A stretch of DNA of 64,000 nucleotides from an uncultured Chlorobiaceae bacterium (lineage in GTDB: Bacteria > Bacteroidota > Ignavibacteria > UBA10030 > SZUA-254): NCBI GenBank assembly GCA_964596065.1, contig CAZQSM010000001.1, positions 1,623 through 65,622 of the forward strand, written 5' to 3'. Below are positions 55,021 to 64,000 of the stretch, one piece after another. The notes beneath the pieces are model-generated. The model made no database searches. It was given only the letters and a program-made list of their open reading frames with translations, and was not told the origin of the DNA. Numbering within the stretch: position 1 is the first letter of the stretch; every line of letters begins with the position of its first letter. The translations under genes were made by a program, and so were the position numbers.

Positions 55021-56225
55021 CGATCACCAACCGCCGCGTGCTTCGCGAGCGCGCCGAGGTCCTTGTCGCCACGGCCGGAGAGGCCGACGACGACCACGTC
55101 TCCCCGGTCCGTCTGCGGCATCAGGCGTTCGAGATGGGCGATCGCGTGCGCCGACTCGAGCGCGGGGAGGATCCCCTCAAGGGCCGTCAGCATCAGCGCC
55201 GCGTCGAGCGCCTCCCGGTCAGACGCGGACGCGCAGATCAGCCGGCCCGCACTCCTGAGGTAACTCAGTTCCGGGCCGACGCCCGGATAGTCGAGCCCCG
55301 CGGAGATGGAATGCGCCGGAAGGATCTGTCCTGACTCGTCCTGGAGGAGGTACGACCTCGAGCCGTGCAGGATACCGGGTCGGCCCGCCGAGAGGGACGC
55401 GGCGTGGCGGGAAGTGCCGAGCCCCTCCCCGGCCGCCTCGACCGCAACAAGTCCGGCCCCGGTCCGGATGAATTCGTGGAAGAGCCCGATCGCGTTGCTC
55501 CCGCCTCCGACGCACGCCACGAGGTGGGCGGGGGTCCCGAGACCCGCCTCGCCGAGCTGACCCGCCACCTCGCGCCCGATCACAGACTGGAAGTCGCGAA
55601 CGATGACCGGGTAGGGGTGGGGACCAACGGCGGAACCGAGGATGTAGAACGTGTCGCGCACGTTGGTAACCCAGTCGCGGAGCGCTTCACTCGTTGCGTC
55701 CTTGAGGGTTCCGGTGCCTGCGGAAACGGGGACAAGGTCGGCCCCGAGAAGTTTCATCCGCCGCACGTTGAGCGCCTGCCGCTCCATGTCGGCGGTGCCC
55801 ATGTAAATGACGCACGGGATCTTCATGAGCGCTGCGACGGTCGCCGTGGCCACGCCGTGCTGGCCGGCGCCGGTCTCCGCCACGATCCGGCGCTTGCCCG
55901 AGCGGCTGGCGAGGAGCGCCTGGCCGAGCGTGTTGTTGATTTTATGGGCCCCGGTGTGGCAGAGGTCCTCCCGCTTCAGGTAGATGGTCCCCCGGCCGTA
56001 ACGCGCCGTGAGGTTGTCGGCCCGGTAGAGTGGCGTGGGACGTCCCGCGAAATCCCTCAGTAGCCGCCGGAGCGTATCGGCGAAATCGGGATCGTCGGCG
56101 GCTTCCCGGTACGCACGCTCGAGCTCGGTGAGCGGGGCGATAAGGGTTTCGGGGACATATCTCCCCCCGAACTCCCCGAAACGGCCGGCTGCGTCAGGGT
56201 AGGGGTACGGGTCGGCACGGGTCAT
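55017..56225 (-). CDS. trpB: Tryptophan synthase beta chain
   Basis: [54 protein letters not shown]; start ATG 56225. Confidence 0.97.
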   Translation of the reverse strand: MTRADPYPYPDAAGRFGEFGGRYVPETLIAPLTELERAYREAADDPDFADTLRRLLRDFAGRPTPLYRADNLTARYGRGTIYLKREDLCHTGAHKINNTLGQALLASRSGKRRIVAETGAGQHGVATATVAALMKIPCVIYMGTADMERQALNVRRMKLLGADLVPVSAGTGTLKDATSEALRDWVTNVRDTFYILGSAVGPHPYPVIVRDFQSVIGREVAGQLGEAGLGTPAHLVACVGGGSNAIGLFHEFIRTGAGLVAVEAAGEGLGTSRHAASLSAGRPGILHGSRSYLLQDESGQILPAHSISAGLDYPGVGPELSYLRSAGRLICASASDREALDAALMLTALEGILPALESAHAIAHLERLMPQTDRGDVVVVGLSGRGDKDLGALAKHAAVGDR

Positions 56226-57268
56226 CGGTGCGCCTCCTCGGATTGTGGGGCGCCAAGAAAAGTTCGTCCCAGCGCCGGGGCGATCGCGCTGATCCGCCGG
56301 ATGAGTTCCCCGAGCCTGGCGGGTTTGAGCGACTGGTATCCGTCGGAGAGCGCCGACGCGGGGTCCGCGTGCGTCTCGATCATCAGGCCGTCGGCCCCCG
56401 CCGCCACGGCGGCGAGCGCCATGTCGGACACGAGCTCCCACGCCCCCGTGCCATGGCTCGGGTCGACGATGATCGGCAGGTGCGAGGCTTTTCTGACCAC
56501 CGGGACGGCGTTCAGGTCGAGCGTAAACCGGGTGGCCGGTTCAAAGGTCCGGATCCCCCGCTCGCACAGGATGACCTCGTAGTTTCCGGCGGCGACGATG
56601 TATTCCGCCGCCATCAGGAACTCCTCGATGGTCGACGACATCCCCCGCTTGAGGAGGACCGGTTTACCGGCCCTGCCGACAGCCTCGAGCAGCGGGTAAT
56701 TCTGCATGTTTCGTGCGCCGATCTGAACGATGTCGGCGACCGTCGAAACGTCGTCCACCGTCGCGGGCTCCATCACCTCGGTGACGATCCGCATCCCGGT
56801 CAGCGCACGTGCCTCCGCGAGGTATTCGAGCGCCGCCCCCTTGAGGCCCCTGAACGCGTAGGGTGATGTGCGCGGTTTGAAGGCGCCGCCCCGGAGGAAC
56901 GTGACCCCGAGTTCGCTCAGCGTCCCGGCGATCCCGACAATCTGGTCGCGGCTCTCGACCGAACAGGGGCCGGCGATCAACGCGATTTCGTTGCCGCCGA
57001 TCGCCCGGTCGCCGAACGGGATGACGGTATTTTCCCGCTTGACCTCCCGGCTGACAAGTTTGTACGGCTTCGAGACCGCAATCGCCTCGACGACGCCGGG
57101 AAGGTTGAGGAACAGGTCGGGATCGAGTTTCGAATGGTTGCCGGTGATGCCGATCGCGATCCGGCGCTCGCCGGGAATTTCGTGGGGAACGAAACCGAGG
57201 TCCCTGATCTTCCGGGCGACGGCGTCCACGCGGTTCCGGCCCGCGTCGAGATTCATGATGATGAGCAT
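56222..57268 (-). CDS. aroF: DAHP synthase type I-beta with N-terminal ferredoxin-like regulatory domain
   Basis: [48 protein letters not shown]. Confidence 0.93.
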   Translation of the reverse strand: MLIIMNLDAGRNRVDAVARKIRDLGFVPHEIPGERRIAIGITGNHSKLDPDLFLNLPGVVEAIAVSKPYKLVSREVKRENTVIPFGDRAIGGNEIALIAGPCSVESRDQIVGIAGTLSELGVTFLRGGAFKPRTSPYAFRGLKGAALEYLAEARALTGMRIVTEVMEPATVDDVSTVADIVQIGARNMQNYPLLEAVGRAGKPVLLKRGMSSTIEEFLMAAEYIVAAGNYEVILCERGIRTFEPATRFTLDLNAVPVVRKASHLPIIVDPSHGTGAWELVSDMALAAVAAGADGLMIETHADPASALSDGYQSLKPARLGELIRRISAIAPALGRTFLGAPQSEEAHR

Positions 57269-57277
57269 ACGCGCCTT

Positions 57278-57907
57278 TCAGTTGATGGTGGCTGATCTGA
57301 TGTTTCCACAGAAATTCCTGACGAGGACCGGGTCCTTGATTCCCGGTCGCGCTTCCGTCCCGCTGCCGACGTCCACGGCGTAAGGGCGGACCCGCCCGGC
57401 AATCTCGACGACGTTCGACGGGGTGAGGCCCCCCGCCAGAAACAGTTTTCGGGAGCGGGAGAGGGTAGTCGCGAATTCGAGGTCGGCCGGCGTACCCGAT
57501 CCCCCGTAGACCCCCGGGCCCCCTCCGTCGACCATCGCGGCGAAGACGTCGTACGCGTCAGGGGAGGGGGATGGCACCCCCTCCGCAGGGGGCCTGAACA
57601 CCTTGATCACCGGGAGGGTGATCAGGCGGCAGAGCCCGGGTGGTTCGTCGCCGCTCAGCTGGACGAGCCGGATACCGGACGCGGTCGCGGCCCCCGCCAC
57701 CGCCGCCGCCGAGGGATTGACGAAGACCCCGACAGGGATGACATCCACCGGGAGACTCCTGATGATCGTTCCCGCCAGCCCGGGGGTGATGAACCTCTTG
57801 CTCATCGGGACAAAGATGAATCCGAGGTAATCAGCGCCGGCCCCGGCGCACACGAGTGCGTCGTCGAGGTTCGTGATGCCGCAGATTTTAATCCTGATGG
57901 AGTTCAT
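57278..57907 (-). CDS. trpF: Phosphoribosylanthranilate isomerase
   Basis: IKICGIT, LGFIF..SKR, VGVFVN, YGGSG, LAGGL, DVGSG.E..PG.KD. Confidence 0.92.
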   Translation of the reverse strand: MNSIRIKICGITNLDDALVCAGAGADYLGFIFVPMSKRFITPGLAGTIIRSLPVDVIPVGVFVNPSAAAVAGAATASGIRLVQLSGDEPPGLCRLITLPVIKVFRPPAEGVPSPSPDAYDVFAAMVDGGGPGVYGGSGTPADLEFATTLSRSRKLFLAGGLTPSNVVEIAGRVRPYAVDVGSGTEARPGIKDPVLVRNFCGNIRSATIN

Positions 57908-58679
57908 CGATCATCGCCTCGAGGCATCGCCCCGGTTCCGGGTCCCGCATGAAGTATTCACCCATCAGCACGGCGTCGACTCCCGACCCCGCGACGCGCC
58001 GGACGTCCGCCGCCGACCGGAGTCCGCTTTCGCTCACGGTGACGACACCGCGGGGGAGGAGCTCTCCGATCCTCGGCGTGGTCTGGAGGTCGACGGAAAA
58101 ATCGCCGAGGTCCCGGTTGTTGATCCCGACGAGGCGAACGACCGAGAAATCGATCATCTCCAGCTCTTCGGGGCGGTGCACCTCGACGAGGCACTCCATG
58201 CCCAGTTCGGCGGCCCTGCCGTGCAGGTCCCGGAGGCGGCCCGCGTCGAGGATCGAGGCGATCAGGAGGATCGCGTCGGCGCCGAGCGATTTAGCCTCCA
58301 CCACCTGGATCTCCTCGATGACGAAATCCTTCCGCAGCACCGGGACGGGGGAGACGGCGCGCACGGCGGCCAGGTCCCCGGGGCTCCCGGAGAAGAAACG
58401 GACATCGGTCAGGACCGATACCGCAGAGGCGCCGTTCGACGCGTATGCCACCGCGAGGCCTGCGGGGTCATCCGTCCCCCTGATCATACCGGCGGACGGC
58501 GACGCCCGCTTGATCTCAGCGATCACCGCGGGGCGCCGGGCCCGGACAATGGCGTCGCGGAGCGACCGCACGGGGAGATGGAATCCGGGAAGGTCATCGA
58601 ATCCGCCGCCAGGCCTGGCTCGGCGGAGCACCGCCGCTTCCTCGCGTTTTACCGCGACGATCCGGTCGAGGATGGTCAT
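57888..58679 (-). CDS. trpC: Indole-3-glycerol phosphate synthase
   Basis: IAEIKRASPS, SVLTD..FF.G, LRKDF, GADAILL, LVEVH, GINNRDL, SESG. Confidence 0.95.
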   Translation of the reverse strand: MTILDRIVAVKREEAAVLRRARPGGGFDDLPGFHLPVRSLRDAIVRARRPAVIAEIKRASPSAGMIRGTDDPAGLAVAYASNGASAVSVLTDVRFFSGSPGDLAAVRAVSPVPVLRKDFVIEEIQVVEAKSLGADAILLIASILDAGRLRDLHGRAAELGMECLVEVHRPEELEMIDFSVVRLVGINNRDLGDFSVDLQTTPRIGELLPRGVVTVSESGLRSAADVRRVAGSGVDAVLMGEYFMRDPEPGRCLEAMIDELHQD

Positions 58680-59701
58680 CGGGTCGTGTACTCCACCAGG
58701 CGCCGGAGCGCCACGAGGGCACTCCCCGCGTCGATCGACACGGCGCAGCGTTCGTACGCCTCAGCATGTGTCAACCCATCGCGGGCGACCATCAGCCCGA
58801 GCGAGGCGTTCATCAGGACGAAGTCCCTCGCCGGCCCGGGGGTCCCTGAAAGGACCTCGAGCGCGATCTGCGCGTTGCGCGCGGGCGAGCCGCCGGCGAC
58901 GGCGCCGAGGCAGGGGGCGCGGACGAGCCCGAACGTTGACGGGTCGATGACGTATCGTCGTTCCTCCGTTGTCAGCCTGAACTCCCGGACCCGGGTCGGA
59001 GCCTGCGGGGACATCTCATCGAGCCCGTCGTCGGCGTTGAGGACCATGGCGGCGGCGGGACGCGTTTCCCGGAGGATCGAGGCGAGCGTGTCCGCGGCCG
59101 AGGAGTTGTACGCCCCGACCACCTGGCGGCGGACGCCGGCGGGGTTCGCGAGGGGGCCGAGGAGGTTGAAGCAGGTGCGGAACCCGAGGTCCGCGCGGGC
59201 GCGCGAGACGGTCTTCATCGCGGGATGGTAGATCGGGGCGAAGAGGAACCCGACGCCGGTTTCGTTGATGCACGCCTCCATCGTCTCCGGGGGAGCGTCG
59301 ATCCTGACGCCGAGCTCGCGTAGAACGTCGGCGCTGCCGGAAGCGCTCGACACCGAGCGGTTTCCATGCTTGGCGACCGTCACTCCGGTTCCCGCGAGGA
59401 CGAACGCGGCGACCGTGGAGACGTTGAAGGTCCCGAGGCCGTCGCCGCCCGTTCCGCACACGTCCACGGCATCGGGGTCGTCCAGGGTGACGCGGCGGGC
59501 GCGTTCCCGGAAGGCGTCGAGGAACCCGAGGAGTTCCTCCGTGCGGTCGCCCCTGACGCGGAGCGCGGCAAGATAGCCGCCGATCTGCGCGTCGGTCGCC
59601 GCGCCATCCATGATCTCCCCCATGGCCAGGGCCGCTTCGTCTCTCGAGAGGTGCGCACCTTCGACCGTCATGGCGATGCAGTATCTCAGCCCGGCAGTCA
59701 C
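58676..59701 (-). CDS. trpD: Anthranilate phosphoribosyltransferase
   Basis: DVCGTGGDG..TFNVST, KHGNRSVSS.SGSAD, FAPIYHPAMK, FNLLGPL.NP, GLDE; GTG start 59701 overlapping the trpG stop. Confidence 0.95.
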   Translation of the reverse strand: MTAGLRYCIAMTVEGAHLSRDEAALAMGEIMDGAATDAQIGGYLAALRVRGDRTEELLGFLDAFRERARRVTLDDPDAVDVCGTGGDGLGTFNVSTVAAFVLAGTGVTVAKHGNRSVSSASGSADVLRELGVRIDAPPETMEACINETGVGFLFAPIYHPAMKTVSRARADLGFRTCFNLLGPLANPAGVRRQVVGAYNSSAADTLASILRETRPAAAMVLNADDGLDEMSPQAPTRVREFRLTTEERRYVIDPSTFGLVRAPCLGAVAGGSPARNAQIALEVLSGTPGPARDFVLMNASLGLMVARDGLTHAEAYERCAVSIDAGSALVALRRLVEYTTR

Positions 59702-60264
59702 AGCGTCTCGAGCCAGTTGTTCACGATCGCCGCGCCCGCGGGAGTCAGGATCGATTCCGGGTGAAATTGAACTCCCCGCACCGGGTGGGAGGAGTGCCGG
59801 ATGCCCATGATCGTCCCGTCCTCCGTTTCGGCGGTCACGCGGAGGGCCTCCGGAAGGTTCCACCGGGAAACGACGAGTGAGTGATACCGTCCTGCGCCAA
59901 ACGGGCTCGCGACGCCGCGGAAGATATCGGTTCCGTCGTGCCGGACGGCCGAGGCGCGGCCGTGAACGCACTCCACGTGCCGGACGACCTCGGCGCCGTA
60001 GGCGACCCCGATCGCCTGGTGCCCGAGGCAGACGCCGAGGATCGGAATGGAAGATCCGAAACGCCGTATCAGCCCGAGCGTGACCCCCGCCTGTTCAGGA
60101 CGCCCGGGGCCGGGGGAGAGGACGATCCCCCCGGGCGACGAGGCGGCCACGTCTTCGGACGTAACGGCATCGTTCCTCACGACCATGACCTCCCGTCCAG
60201 CCACTCCGATCATATGGGCAAGGTTATGGGTGAATGAGTCGTAGTTGTCTACCAGGAGAATCAT
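59698..60264 (-). CDS. trpG: Anthranilate synthase component II
   Basis: DNYDSFT, LSPGPG.P, GVCLGHQ, RYHSL, QFHPES. Confidence 0.95.
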   Translation of the reverse strand: MILLVDNYDSFTHNLAHMIGVAGREVMVVRNDAVTSEDVAASSPGGIVLSPGPGRPEQAGVTLGLIRRFGSSIPILGVCLGHQAIGVAYGAEVVRHVECVHGRASAVRHDGTDIFRGVASPFGAGRYHSLVVSRWNLPEALRVTAETEDGTIMGIRHSSHPVRGVQFHPESILTPAGAAIVNNWLETL

Positions 60265-61742
60265 CCGTCGACCTCATTCGCCGATCGCACCGCCTCGAAC
60301 AGGGCCAGGAGTTTGTGGCGGAGCTCCTCGGTCTCCCTCAGGGGGTCGGAGGCTGAAACGATTCCCGCACCAGCCTGCAGGTGGAACTCCCCGCCGAACG
60401 CGAGCATCGTCCGGATCGCCAGGCAAAAATCCATATTCCCCGAACCGTCGAAATAGCCGACCGCGCCGGCGTAGAACCCCCTGCGGATCCGCTCCATCTC
60501 GTCGATGATCTCCATCGCGCGGATCTTCGGGGCGCCTGACACCGTCCCGGCCGGGAAGAGCGCCTTCAGCGCGTCGACGGGGCCCGTCCCGGGGAGCACC
60601 GTCCCGCTGACGCGGGATACGAGGTGCATCACGTGGGAAAACCGTTCAACCTGCATCAGCCGGTCGACGACAACCGAACCCTGCCGGCAGACCCGGGAGA
60701 GATCGTTCCTTCCCAGGTCGACAAGCATGACATGTTCCGAGCGTTCTTTCTCGTCGGCGAGCAGCTCCGCGGCGATCCTGTCGTCCTCCCCGGCCGTCCG
60801 CCCCCTCGGCCGGGTTCCCGCGATCGGCACATGCTCGAGGAGGCCGCCGTGCAACCTCGCCAGCGTCTCTGGCGAGGACCCGAGGAGCACAGTCCCGCCG
60901 AAATCCATGAAAAAATGGTAGGGGGAGGGGTTGAGCATTCTGAGAGCGCGGTACACCTGGAACGGATCCCCCTCGAACCCCACGCGCGCCCGTTCGGAGA
61001 GGACGACCTGGAATATATCGCCGGCCCTGATGTATTCCTTCACCCGTTCAACCTTCGCCGGGAAGGCGCTGAGGTCGAACCGGGCCTCCCCCGCGCAGTA
61101 GCCGCCGCCCGTTCTCCCTCCAGCGCCGATCCGGAGCGCTCCCCTCAGCCGTCCGAGCCGTTCCACGAGTTCTTCGTATAGGTCCCCGGGGGACCGTTCA
61201 TCGAACGGATCGGCGTTGACGAACAATCGCACGCTGTGGGTCACGTGATCGAAGACGACCAGGGTGCCGAAGTACCCGAGGAGGCTGTCGGGCGCCCCGA
61301 GTTCGTCGGAGACGCTGCAGGGGATCCGCTCGATCGCGCGGACCTCGTCATACCCGATGAAGCCGACGAGCCCCGCCGCGAGGCGGGGAAGCTCGTCGCC
61401 GGGGTGGATGCGGATCGACCCCAGCAGCGTCGACGCGGCGTCGAAGATGTTCCCATCCGACGGCAGCCCCCCCGGCGTCGTTCCGCCGGAACGGCGCCGG
61501 AGTGTCGTGGTGTTACCGCGAGATTCCAGGATCGTCGTGGCGTCGAATCCGAGGAACGAATACCGCGCCAGGTGTTCCCCTCCTTCGACGCTTTCCAGGA
61601 GGAACGATCCGTTCGCGGCATCCGCGAGCGACAGGTACGCCCCCACTGGGGTGAGCATGTCCCCGGGGATCGTCGTCGAGACCGAAGCGACGAATCCCGC
61701 GCGGAGGCGTTCCAGAAATGTGTTTCGATCCGGCGTGATCAT
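60261..61742 (-). CDS. trpE: Anthranilate synthase component I
   Basis: LLESVEGG...ARYSF, GDIFQVVLS, NPSPY, PIAGTRPR, KERSEHVMLVDLGRND, GTVSGAPK.RAM, QAGAGIV. Confidence 0.96.
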   Translation of the reverse strand: MITPDRNTFLERLRAGFVASVSTTIPGDMLTPVGAYLSLADAANGSFLLESVEGGEHLARYSFLGFDATTILESRGNTTTLRRRSGGTTPGGLPSDGNIFDAASTLLGSIRIHPGDELPRLAAGLVGFIGYDEVRAIERIPCSVSDELGAPDSLLGYFGTLVVFDHVTHSVRLFVNADPFDERSPGDLYEELVERLGRLRGALRIGAGGRTGGGYCAGEARFDLSAFPAKVERVKEYIRAGDIFQVVLSERARVGFEGDPFQVYRALRMLNPSPYHFFMDFGGTVLLGSSPETLARLHGGLLEHVPIAGTRPRGRTAGEDDRIAAELLADEKERSEHVMLVDLGRNDLSRVCRQGSVVVDRLMQVERFSHVMHLVSRVSGTVLPGTGPVDALKALFPAGTVSGAPKIRAMEIIDEMERIRRGFYAGAVGYFDGSGNMDFCLAIRTMLAFGGEFHLQAGAGIVSASDPLRETEELRHKLLALFEAVRSANEVDG

Positions 61743-61750
61743 GGCCCTGA

Positions 61751-61786
61751 AAATAAAAAAACCCTTTCCGGGTTCCGGAAAGGGTT
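61751..61786 (-). terminator. Attenuator terminator of the trp leader
   Basis: AACCCTTTCCGG-aac-CCGGAAAGGGTT (12-bp stem) followed by TTTTTATTT, ending 9 nt before the trpE ATG. Confidence 0.9.
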
Positions 61787-61808
61787 CGAGTGTAAACGCC
61801 TGGGACGG

Positions 61809-61922
61809 TCAGCGGTGCATTCGTGTCCTGCCGGAACGATCGGATCGATCCGCGTGCCACCAACCGCCGCAGCCGGGGTTGGAGGCCGTCCCGAATGTCT
61901 GGTACCGTTGCGTCATCGTCAT
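61809..61922 (-). CDS. trpL: trp operon leader peptide (37 aa, tandem Trp codons)
   Basis: MTMTQRYQTFGTASNPGCGGWWHADRSDRSGRTRMHR*, lying between the promoter and the attenuator terminator. Confidence 0.85.
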   Translation of the reverse strand: MTMTQRYQTFGTASNPGCGGWWHADRSDRSGRTRMHR

Positions 61923-61928
61923 AATTCA

Positions 61929-61957
61929 AGTATCTGGAATTGCCGCGAGATTGTCAA
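61929..61957 (-). promoter_or_regulatory. sigma70-type promoter of the trp-aro-tyr operon
   Basis: TTGACA (61957-61952) - 17 nt - GATACT (61934-61929). Confidence 0.8.
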
Positions 61958-61994
61958 GGGTCCTGAAAAATATTTCCCGCGGCCCCGCAGGCCG

Positions 61995-62414
61995 TCAGGC
62001 GGCGTACACATGGTAGAGAATGAGGTAAATCATCACCCCGGTCACCGAAACGTAGAGCCAGACCGGATATGCCCATTGCACAACCCGTTTATGGGCCCCG
62101 AAGCGGGAACCGAGGGCGTGGTAGAGCGCGAACCCGACCAGCGGGACGTTGACCACGGCGAGGATCGTGTGGGAGAGCAGGAGGGCGAAATAGAGGGGCC
62201 GGGCGATGCCGGTACCGGGGAACGATGTCGAGCCGTGCAGGTAATGGTAGACGAGGTATGAAACGAGGAAGGCGACGGAAAAACCGACGGCGCGGAGCAT
62301 GAAGGTCCGGTGCGCCTCCCGGTCGCCAGCCCTGATCTTCGATCGTCCGGCCAGGAGCATCGCCGCGGACGAGAGGTTCAGGAGGGCGTTCAGGGCGGGG
62401 AGGTATTCGGTCAT
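61995..62414 (-). CDS. DUF420 (CtaM-like) membrane protein
   Basis: LPALNALLN, HRTFM, FLVSYL.YH, HTILA, WLYVSVTGV. Confidence 0.88.
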   Translation of the reverse strand: MTEYLPALNALLNLSSAAMLLAGRSKIRAGDREAHRTFMLRAVGFSVAFLVSYLVYHYLHGSTSFPGTGIARPLYFALLLSHTILAVVNVPLVGFALYHALGSRFGAHKRVVQWAYPVWLYVSVTGVMIYLILYHVYAA

Positions 62415-63028
62415 CGCGCGGGATCCCCCGAGAGCGTCACCACCTGTTCCAGGAGGAGGTCCATCGCGTCCGTGCTGTCGCTGTCATAATATCCCCTGAT
62501 CGACCCCTTCCGGTCGACGAGCACGAAGCGCGAGCTGTGGATGATGGCGTCCTCACCCTCCGCTTCGAGTCCCAGGCGAAAACCGTTTTGCGTCAGCTCA
62601 TAGATCTGCTTCCGGTCGCCCGTCACAAACGTCCAGCGGCCGGGGATCGCACCGTACCGCTTTCCATATTCGGCCAGGACCTCGGGCGTGTCGGTCTCGG
62701 GGTCGACGGAGAAGGAAACGAACCGGACATCGGGATGGTCGCGGAGTTCCTCCTGGAGCCAGGCCATCCGCCCGCTCATCATGGGGCAGATGCCGGCGCA
62801 CGAGGTGAAGATGAAATCGACCACCGACACCTTCCCCCTGAAGAGTGATTCGTCCACGGGCGATCCCGTCTCGTCCCTGAGCGCGAAGCCGGGTACGGGC
62901 CCGATTTCGGGGAGCGGGACGGCATCGCGGCCGACCCTGTCCAGGATTACCCAGACGGCGAGCAGGAGCAGCACGACAAGCGCAGGCGCGAGATACCGCC
63001 AGATTCCGCGGACGGTCCTACCCGTCAC
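62411..63028 (-). CDS. SCO1/SenC-family copper chaperone
   Basis: DFIFTSCAGICP (CxxxC), SVDPETDTPE, IIHS..FVLVD. Confidence 0.92.
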   Translation of the reverse strand: MTGRTVRGIWRYLAPALVVLLLLAVWVILDRVGRDAVPLPEIGPVPGFALRDETGSPVDESLFRGKVSVVDFIFTSCAGICPMMSGRMAWLQEELRDHPDVRFVSFSVDPETDTPEVLAEYGKRYGAIPGRWTFVTGDRKQIYELTQNGFRLGLEAEGEDAIIHSSRFVLVDRKGSIRGYYDSDSTDAMDLLLEQVVTLSGDPAR

Positions 63029-63810
63029 GACTTGGCCGTCCGCGCCGATATGGCCGAAAGGATGATCATCCCAATGGAAAATAACGAAATAATCAGGAGA
63101 TTGAAAGGGAGGGGGAGAAATTCATCGGGGGCGTGCGGGGTACCGAGGTAAAGCGCCTGCCGGAACGCCGACATCCCGTAGTATATCGGGTTGAGCAGGA
63201 TGACGGTTCCGATCCAGGGAGAGGCACCCCTGATCGGGAAGAGCGCCCCGGAGAGGAGCCAGAGGGGGAGCAGCACGAGGTTCATCACCGCGTGGAATCC
63301 CTGCGTCGTGTCCATCCTCCAGGCGATCAGGAACCCGAGACCCGCGAGCCCCGTCGCGAGGATGAAGAGCGAGGCGAGCGACGAGAGCAGACCCTGGACG
63401 CTCATCCCGATGCCGAGGAACGGGACGATCAGCAGGAGGAGCAGCGCCTGGAGCAGGGCGAGCGTGGCGGCGCCCAGGATCTTGCCGGTGGCGATGCTGA
63501 TCCCGGGGACCGGCGCGACGAGGACCCCCTGGAGGAACCCGGAATGACGGTCCTCGATGATCGAGATCGACGCGAAGATCGCGGTGAAGAGCATCGTGAG
63601 GACGACCGTGCCGGGGAAGTAGAATTCCAGGTAGGAGATCCCGGGCTGTCCCACGGGATAGGAGAACGAATCGCCGAACCCGGAGCCGATGACGACCCAG
63701 AAAATGAGCGGCGAGCCGATGAACCCCGCGAGCCTCGCCGGCTGCCGGAGAAAATGGAGCATCTCGCGTTTCCAGAGTGTGACGATGGCGGGGGAGAGCC
63801 GTCCGTTCAC
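63025..63810 (-). CDS. ABC-2 type transporter permease
   Basis: YLEFYFPG, IIEDRHSGFLQGVLVAPV, PLWLLSGALFP, LNPIYYG; GTG start 63810. Confidence 0.88.
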   Translation of the reverse strand: MNGRLSPAIVTLWKREMLHFLRQPARLAGFIGSPLIFWVVIGSGFGDSFSYPVGQPGISYLEFYFPGTVVLTMLFTAIFASISIIEDRHSGFLQGVLVAPVPGISIATGKILGAATLALLQALLLLLIVPFLGIGMSVQGLLSSLASLFILATGLAGLGFLIAWRMDTTQGFHAVMNLVLLPLWLLSGALFPIRGASPWIGTVILLNPIYYGMSAFRQALYLGTPHAPDEFLPLPFNLLIISLFSIGMIILSAISARTAKS

Positions 63811-64000
63811 GAGGGGCCCCCGTTCGAGGCGCGGAATCGGTGCCCGGTTTTTTTGACGTACACATCCCCGATCGACGGCCGGGACAGCTGGACGAGCTCC
63901 ACCGACGCCCCGAACAGCCGCAGGAGTTCCGGCAGCAGGGTGGAGGCGTTGTCGCATTCGACCCTGATCGTGTCGTCCACCCTGTAGATCGGGAGAGCGT
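63807..64000 (-). CDS. ABC transporter ATP-binding subunit, C-terminal fragment (5'-truncated)
   Basis: Manual translation ..ELVQLSRPSIGDVYVKKTGHRF..GPS*, resembling the DrrA-type RPTLEDVF..TG tail; stop overlaps the permease GTG. Confidence 0.75.
   Translation of the reverse strand, partial: ALPIYRVDDTIRVECDNASTLLPELLRLFGASVELVQLSRPSIGDVYVKKTGHRFRASNGGPS

Noticed and set aside
1-64000. CRISPR arrays, IS elements, prophage or defence genes
   Set aside because: No regularly spaced repeats, terminal inverted repeats or such gene motifs were seen; mazG and phoH are ordinary chromosomal types

Overview
High-GC chromosomal window with dense core genes, most likely from an FCB-superphylum bacterium of an Ignavibacteria-like lineage. 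This is inferred from T9SS C-terminal sorting domains, a PorV-family gene, a BtuG-like lipoprotein and a Bacteroidota-type bS22, together with canonical sigma70 promoters. No CRISPR array, integrase or transposase was found. Contents in order: tRNA-Leu(CAA); LpoA-like protein and radC; Lpp-like lipoprotein with a LysM protein; phoH and mazG; class-V aminotransferase and serA; a TonB-dependent transporter / T9SS cargo / PorV-paralogue / NHL-protein cluster; ssb and ggt; a cobalamin riboswitch with btuB, btuG and a DUF6580-like membrane protein; carA, dut, rsmI; a DipZ-like thioredoxin lacking its CxxC; metH; ferredoxin, MBL hydrolase, Rieske protein, queG, trxB; hsp20 with a sigma54-like promoter; HU, a zinc-ribbon/TPR protein and a 31-aa bS22 that the ORF track missed; YtxH and DUF948; EF-G2 and a HIT protein; nth, polX, dusB; a second T9SS cargo; and a 13-gene trp-aro-tyr operon. 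That operon has a Trp-Trp leader-peptide attenuator (also missed by the ORF track) and a chorismate synthase::chorismate mutase fusion. The window ends in DUF420, SCO and ABC-2 genes. The best candidates for an undescribed system are the transporter/T9SS-cargo/PorV triad, which looks like a SusD-free uptake module, and the Trp-attenuated aromatic operon with the AroC-AroQ fusion. Family assignments come from recalled motifs; no database searches were run.
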